Source: an uncultured cyanobacterium (lineage in GTDB: Bacteria; Cyanobacteriota; Cyanobacteriia; Cyanobacteriales; CAWUOF01). From it: a stretch of DNA of 64,000 nt. Shown piece by piece: positions 58,494-64,000 of the stretch; position 1 is the stretch's first letter, and every line of letters starts with the position of its first letter. Made by a program: the position numbers and the translations under genes. The notes beneath the pieces were generated by a model that ran no database searches, had not been told where the DNA came from, and was given only the letters and a program-made list of their open reading frames with translations. The DNA is taken from the NCBI GenBank assembly GCA_963744145.1, contig CAVUSO010000001.1, positions 3,392,001 through 3,456,000 of the forward strand. Direction: 5' to 3'.

Positions 58494-59348
58494 TTAACTA
58501 ACAGAGGTTTCAGTAGCAGAATGGGGAAGGATTTCTTGTCTTAAATAGGTAATAAGCGTTTCTGTCCATTTCTTTCGCAAAATATCTTGCTGTTCAGAAT
58601 CACACTGATAGGATTTTATTTCTCCATTAATTAAATCCTGTAGATATGTCAACAATCGTTTTGGGTTATCTTCAGTGTCAAACCACTGCATTTGATTAAT
58701 TTCTAATTTCACTACACCTAAACCGCGCGATCGCCCACCTCCTAGCGGAATTTGTTCAGTTTCAAATTGATATAACCCAATCATCAATAAACCTAATTCC
58801 CGTTCTTCTGCATTTTCTACCACAGCTCGAAACTGAAAACGTATTCCTGCTGGAACAACTTGGAAATCATAGAGTTTTCCATCACCAGCAGTTTCTGTAT
58901 CCCGTTCGATCGCTACACCATCTCGTTCTTGATATTGACCAAACCAATCTTCTGGTAAAACTGTTAAGTCTCGGACTTGAAATTTACTAGCTAACCAGGG
59001 AGTACCAAATAAGAGGGAAACTATATCTGTATGCTCAATCAGAGCTTTAGTGAAATCATCGTCATTATCTGTCTCTTCCTTCAATTTATTGATTTCATTC
59101 ATCCTTTCTATGAAATTAGCCGGATCTTCTGCAAGTCTGATATCGATACCACGCAAAAAACTTTCCAAACGCGATCGCAATGCTCCCTTAAAACTAGATC
59201 CTGGAATCAAAGGTCGTCCCAAAGCATCTTTAATTACTGGTAAATCTGATCCAATTGGTTCACTAGAACGACCTGCGCTAATTCTTAGTGCGGTTACAGT
59301 CAAGAGAGTACCGCTTATTTCTAGCCGATTTTTAAAAGTATCAAACAT
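58494..59348 (-). CDS. cas7: RAMP Cas7/Csm3 (Csx7/SSO1426-like)
   Basis: SDLPV, IPGSSFKGALRS, RDGVAIERDT, G-loop LGGGRSRGLG. Confidence 0.9.
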   Translation of the reverse strand: MFDTFKNRLEISGTLLTVTALRISAGRSSEPIGSDLPVIKDALGRPLIPGSSFKGALRSRLESFLRGIDIRLAEDPANFIERMNEINKLKEETDNDDDFTKALIEHTDIVSLLFGTPWLASKFQVRDLTVLPEDWFGQYQERDGVAIERDTETAGDGKLYDFQVVPAGIRFQFRAVVENAEERELGLLMIGLYQFETEQIPLGGGRSRGLGVVKLEINQMQWFDTEDNPKRLLTYLQDLINGEIKSYQCDSEQQDILRKKWTETLITYLRQEILPHSATETSVS

Positions 59349-59384
59349 GATTAATCATCTCAATCAATAAAATTAGTAGGGTTT

Positions 59385-59798
59385 TTAATTCACTTTTTTC
59401 TCTGAGGGATTCAAATACTTTAGATAACGAGCGCCATAACCAAGATAACGACGAATTAGTTCTACCCAGATTCGCTTTAGTTCACTTTTTTGATTAGGAT
59501 CGACGATTTCTCCAGCTTTTTCTTTAATTTTCCTATCAATATCATCGATAATTTTCTGCGCTAACGAGTCTTTTCCTCTGCCCCATTTATCATCTCTACC
59601 TACTTGATAACATAGAAAATTTTTAATTACTTCAGGACTATCTGTTGTTTCCGAAACTCGCAGCAGATTACGAAATTGAGATTCTTCTAATTTACCATAG
59701 GATTTTTTGTTGTCCAATGCTGCTTGAATCCATACAACTAGATCATCTTCTGCTTGGCGAATTCCTTTTTGAATTTTCAATTGATCTGTCATATTCAT
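59385..59798 (-). CDS. Type III small subunit (Cas11/Csm2-like)
   Basis: 137-aa all-helical protein with SQFRNL and FLCYQVGR...W motifs, located between csx10 and cas7. Confidence 0.7.
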   Translation of the reverse strand: MNMTDQLKIQKGIRQAEDDLVVWIQAALDNKKSYGKLEESQFRNLLRVSETTDSPEVIKNFLCYQVGRDDKWGRGKDSLAQKIIDDIDRKIKEKAGEIVDPNQKSELKRIWVELIRRYLGYGARYLKYLNPSEKKVN

Positions 59799-61033
59799 AC
59801 CGCACTCTCCCTAAATACTAAATGAAAGTCATTACAAACTTGAACCTGCCCAAATCCTTCTGCATTTCGTTCTCCCACTCCCCAGATTTCCAAATTATCT
59901 AAAGCTTTAATCCAAGATTCTTTCTGGGTGGTACTGAAGAAATATACAGCACCTTGATTAGTAATTAATTCGCTATCTTTCATTAATCCCCATGCAGAAT
60001 TCCAGCCAGAAAGATAATCGTAACTGCTATAAGCAATATGTAATTTTAAAGACGAGTCGTCTAGATTAGCAAACTGCTTTAACATTGCTTCAGAAATAAC
60101 GGTAGTACGTCGCCATTGTTCTGTTAAGATAGCATCAGACTGTAAATCGAGGGTAAAATAAGTACGTTCTTGACGTATATCTTGATCAGGTTTATCAAAA
60201 ATATTCTCCCACTTTTGCCATCGTTCTTTTAGTTTTTCATTGAATTTATTGATTCGATTCTCAACTGTGTCAGCAACAAGGTTTTTATTTGTTGTAATTT
60301 TAACTTTACCTAATCCTCTTGATGTTGATCCACCTAATCGGAAAGAATGAGAATCTATGAAGCTAGTCAGATGATTGGCTAATTCCTCATCTTCTACTAA
60401 AATTCTCCCGCGATATGTAGCAGATTTTTCTTTGTTACTTTCAAATTCATTTAATACCTCAATGCTGTAAAGTACCTGGTCTTCAGCAGTAGCGCGATCG
60501 CGGTTAATTCCTACTCTTGTCAACAAACGAGTGCTAATTGAAGGTTGACGGTAATGTTGATGGTAATTTTCATCAATCCGGGAATAAAAACCTGTATATG
60601 GTTCTACTCTTCCTCCATCTTTCGGACAATTTGGATCATAAGGATGATCATAGCATTCAGCACAGAAACGGTCAATTAAAGTATCAAAAACACCATTGTT
60701 TTTACTACAAATAGGATTAAATCCAGGATTAGTTTTAGAACTAACTGCTGTAGCTGGTAAAACTAAAACATCTTCAGGAAATGCTTGCTGATCTAGTTTA
60801 GCGATCGCGGGATAAGCGTTTTGAAAAATTGCTGGGCGATCGCTCAAAAATAAATCATAAAAATCATCATCCGGTTCAGGTTGATTTGATTGTTTGAGAA
60901 TCTTAGCCGCGATCGCACCTCGAATCACGGAACCAGGAATATAATTCTTTACTTCACTAATCGAACCTCCAGGTTTTTGCCGCCCAATCGCTAAGGGAGA
61001 GAGGGTTTCAATTTTGAGGTCAATTTTATACAT
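59795..61033 (-). CDS. csx10: RAMP Csx10 (Cas5 group)
   Basis: YIPGSVIRGA, RVGINRDR, two G-loops (LGGSTSRGLG, GVGERNAEGFG), SGWNSAWG. Confidence 0.88.
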   Translation of the reverse strand: MYKIDLKIETLSPLAIGRQKPGGSISEVKNYIPGSVIRGAIAAKILKQSNQPEPDDDFYDLFLSDRPAIFQNAYPAIAKLDQQAFPEDVLVLPATAVSSKTNPGFNPICSKNNGVFDTLIDRFCAECYDHPYDPNCPKDGGRVEPYTGFYSRIDENYHQHYRQPSISTRLLTRVGINRDRATAEDQVLYSIEVLNEFESNKEKSATYRGRILVEDEELANHLTSFIDSHSFRLGGSTSRGLGKVKITTNKNLVADTVENRINKFNEKLKERWQKWENIFDKPDQDIRQERTYFTLDLQSDAILTEQWRRTTVISEAMLKQFANLDDSSLKLHIAYSSYDYLSGWNSAWGLMKDSELITNQGAVYFFSTTQKESWIKALDNLEIWGVGERNAEGFGQVQVCNDFHLVFRESAV

Positions 61034-61754
61034 TAACTTTCTCCAATAATAACATATCCCAAACAGTAGTTTCTAGATTTTCTTTTGGTAATTCCCAATG
61101 GAGCCATCCCAAACCTCCTGATTTACTACCACCTAAAGCGTGGATATGATGAAATGCTGCTAAAAGTAATGCTTTCGTATAGGGAGGACAACCAGATTGG
61201 AGATGAATTGCACCCTCAAATCTCAATTGAGCATTAGCTGGAGAAGTTTCTAGTAGGAATAACTTTTGGTCTTCTGCGGTGCGACGACGACGGTTAATAG
61301 TCACCCTAGAACGCACCACTTCAGGAATATCATTGGGATCTGTTGTACAGATGAGATCGTCAAACAATAAACGAGAAGATAACGCAGGATTACCAAACAT
61401 CTGACAAACAAAACAGTGATAGCGTTGATCACCAGACACCTGATAGGTTTCACGCTGAAACTTTATCGCTTCTATTTCTACTAAACCTGCTCTTTGAGGG
61501 CACATTCTTTGCGGATTAGGAGACTGACAAACTGGCAATTTCAAACCTCTTAGTAATTTTTCACACTCATGACGTACACGACCTTTAAGTTGAGAAGCAG
61601 GAATTAATAATTTTTCGTTAGCAGTGCGAACGATAGTTTTATCAGCAAGTGAGCCAGATGAACCACCTGCACCCACACACAAAGCTGTATCAATTATAGC
61701 GGCGATCGAAATAGTTTCGACTTGATTTTCTAGCAAATTTTGTAATTGAATCAT
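61026..61754 (-). CDS. cas7: RAMP Cas7 (Csm3-group)
   Basis: IPASQLKGRVRH, CFVCQMFG, VTINRRRRT, G-loop LGGSKSGGLG. Confidence 0.88.
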   Translation of the reverse strand: MIQLQNLLENQVETISIAAIIDTALCVGAGGSSGSLADKTIVRTANEKLLIPASQLKGRVRHECEKLLRGLKLPVCQSPNPQRMCPQRAGLVEIEAIKFQRETYQVSGDQRYHCFVCQMFGNPALSSRLLFDDLICTTDPNDIPEVVRSRVTINRRRRTAEDQKLFLLETSPANAQLRFEGAIHLQSGCPPYTKALLLAAFHHIHALGGSKSGGLGWLHWELPKENLETTVWDMLLLEKVNV

Positions 61755-64000
61755 TAGGTTTCCTCCACAGTAGTAAGTTCTTGGGTAGATACTTCATCTT
61801 CTGATGCTTCGATAAAAGGATAGAGATCAACTAACTCTCGCCAGATAGTTTCATAAGTCCGCTTTTTTTTGTCAAACATCCAGGGGGCTATATTGCCATC
61901 ATTTGTCTTAGCACTACACCAAGATTCCTCAAATTGCTCCTTTAATAGTTTTTGTGCTTCCTGATCCTTCAAGCGGACTCGAAAGTATCGATAGTTAAGG
62001 ATAGCAGTATTTTTTCCTTGTTTTAATAGACCCCGAATTTGATAAAGTTGCGATCGCGGAAATTTCGCTTTTTTTAAAGCTTTAGCAGTATTCAAAATTC
62101 CTTTTATTTCGTGCAAAGTATAGGGCGCACCGTAAAGCTTAAGTTTTTGACCATTTTTCCCAGTCTCCGTTAACCCTTGCTCCCGAAATGCTTTAACATT
62201 TGAAGAAATCATTGTCACTGACTTCATTACTAAAAAGTCTATAGTACCACCATAGTATTGATACTTAGCTTTCAATTCTTTAGCGCGAGATTTGGCAGAT
62301 TTAAGTAACTGCTCAGTCAGCTCCTGAGCATAGTAAATAGGAGTAGTATCGGAGGTAATTAATACCCCAATTGACATACTTAGCTTAGATCGCGAAATAT
62401 CTGCCTGCTCATATTGATAACGATGACACTGACCAGACTGATAGTTCTCTATAAGTAGTAATGCAATTAGATGTAATTTGCTCTCGATCAGAAGAGAAAA
62501 TGCAGAAAGCACTACCTCCGCCACCTCAAAATCTGGTTGAAACTGATAAGCTTTTAACTTAGCTAACTGTCTCTCAAATTCTTCACCAATAGTTTGGGCA
62601 ATTTCTAAAGCTTTGTCTGCGGGAACAATCAACATCACATCATCACCACCAATAGCGATAATCTCAAAGGGATGCACCCAAGGAAATAACTTTGTTTGGG
62701 ATTCAGTATCAGTGATATTTTCGATTTTTCGAGGATGGAGATGTTTAGCGATCGCCGTATAAACTGATTCTGTTGTTGCCTGGAAAATATCAATGCTGAA
62801 TTGCTTGTACTCTTGGGGAGTCCGAATTTTTTGAATATAACCTCCCATATTGTTCCCATCAGCGTAAATATAAGCAACAAATCCTTCTGTAAAACCACTA
62901 ATTGATGGTATAGGACGGGATTTAGCAATATCTTGCATTCTCTGTGATTCCCTCACGTTATTGCACTGCACATCAGATGGAAGATTTTGATAGTAAGTCT
63001 GATCCTGGTTTGTCTTGTTCAGAAATAATTTGAATTTCTTTACCCAACCATCTACCGATTCTGATTGCCAGTTCAATTGATACCACTGCTGATTTTGGCT
63101 GTCTTCTCCTTTGGTTTGTTGTCCAACAATACGTTTACGAGCTAAAGCTTCTGAAAACCAAGGTTTTTTAGGGAGGTCTGCTTGAATAACAGCAGAACGG
63201 CGATCGCTTTCATCCCTGACTAAATAAGGATGTGTTTCAAACATCGGGGGATAACATCTACTCGGACGTTGACTATTGTTTAAAGCATTACCATTACGTC
63301 GTTTGTTAAATAAAGCTGCCAATTTACCCGCTAATTCGTTAAAGCTTTTACGATTTTCAAACAGTTTTTTCCAATCGGTTTCTAAATCTGGCTTACCAAA
63401 ATAAGCATCTACCAAAGGATGCGTTTTTTGCTCTAGATACCAGTCAAGCCATTTGGTTTTCTCTAGGGATTCATGTAATAAACCAAACCGAATTTCTAAC
63501 AGCCTAAAGGTATCACCTACAGCACAGCTATTAGCAGTGAGAGTTTCTTCGGTATAGCGTTTTTCTATAGCATTAGCTAGATCATCAACAAAAGCTGCTG
63601 GACAGAAAGCCAGAATATTACCACCAGTAGAATAAATAATTAACTCTGGAATTAGTGCTGCTTCTAAATCAGGAAAATGATTAGCTAACCATCGAGAAAT
63701 TGATAAATTTTTCTTTGGCTTTTTAAAAAATGCTGGTAAATCAACGAGGTTGATCCGATCTAAAATTGCAGACGCTCCTCGAATATCTTGAAGTTTAGCA
63801 GCTTCAAAAACATATTGCTTGATTTTAGTAGCACCACCATAAACTAATCCAATCCGGGTGTTTTGCTTCCACAAGTCAGCATATTGCTCAGATAATTCTT
63901 TCATACTAGCTGGAAACCAATCTGGTCGAATAGCTTGAAGTTGCTCTACTTGATTTACAAGCGATCGCACTACTTCTGGAACTTCTCCCCCTGACTTTAA
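61754..64000 (-). CDS. cas10: Cas10 (type III-D large subunit), 5' end beyond the window
   Basis: KIKQYVFE, RGASAILD, STGGN, YADGNNMG and palm GGDD; frame is open to position 64000. Confidence 0.93.
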   Translation of the reverse strand, partial: LKSGGEVPEVVRSLVNQVEQLQAIRPDWFPASMKELSEQYADLWKQNTRIGLVYGGATKIKQYVFEAAKLQDIRGASAILDRINLVDLPAFFKKPKKNLSISRWLANHFPDLEAALIPELIIYSTGGNILAFCPAAFVDDLANAIEKRYTEETLTANSCAVGDTFRLLEIRFGLLHESLEKTKWLDWYLEQKTHPLVDAYFGKPDLETDWKKLFENRKSFNELAGKLAALFNKRRNGNALNNSQRPSRCYPPMFETHPYLVRDESDRRSAVIQADLPKKPWFSEALARKRIVGQQTKGEDSQNQQWYQLNWQSESVDGWVKKFKLFLNKTNQDQTYYQNLPSDVQCNNVRESQRMQDIAKSRPIPSISGFTEGFVAYIYADGNNMGGYIQKIRTPQEYKQFSIDIFQATTESVYTAIAKHLHPRKIENITDTESQTKLFPWVHPFEIIAIGGDDVMLIVPADKALEIAQTIGEEFERQLAKLKAYQFQPDFEVAEVVLSAFSLLIESKLHLIALLLIENYQSGQCHRYQYEQADISRSKLSMSIGVLITSDTTPIYYAQELTEQLLKSAKSRAKELKAKYQYYGGTIDFLVMKSVTMISSNVKAFREQGLTETGKNGQKLKLYGAPYTLHEIKGILNTAKALKKAKFPRSQLYQIRGLLKQGKNTAILNYRYFRVRLKDQEAQKLLKEQFEESWCSAKTNDGNIAPWMFDKKKRTYETIWRELVDLYPFIEASEDEVSTQELTTVEET

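Noticed and set aside
1..64000. tRNA, rRNA, integrase or transposase genes
   Set aside because: None recognised in the intergenic gaps or the ORF set

Overview
AT-rich cyanobacterial chromosome segment (the HIP1 octamer GCGATCGC is frequent throughout). Housekeeping genes (RND efflux pair, AI-2E and ABC permeases, purL, purF, chorismate lyase, M23 peptidase, birA, pgeF, glk, dps, polA) are interleaved with four defence-type blocks. (1) 5.1-13 kb: a P-loop ATPase plus a membrane-anchored STAND NTPase/TPR/14xWD40 receptor-like protein, preceded by PglZ-like and DUF2281-like remnants. (2) 13.4-18.4 kb: DarTG, a Dam-family methylase and a C5-MTase/Bpu10I-DdeI-family restriction cassette bracketed by a duplicated purL upstream region. 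(3) 25.9-41 kb: a DISARM-like three-gene module (DrmD-like SNF2 ATPase, large N6-MTase, and an 1800-aa DEAH helicase-DUF1998-nuclease fusion, no drmC). (4) 49.5-64 kb: a type III-D CRISPR-Cas locus (22 spacers, cas6, RAMPs, cas10 truncated by the window edge) whose spacers are often GC-rich and self-complementary. The strongest novelty candidates are the DISARM-like fusion module, the structured-RNA-like spacers and the combinatorially varying WD40 receptor. Four single-base frameshifts in G/C runs are probably sequencing errors. Family assignments come from motif recognition only; no searches were run.
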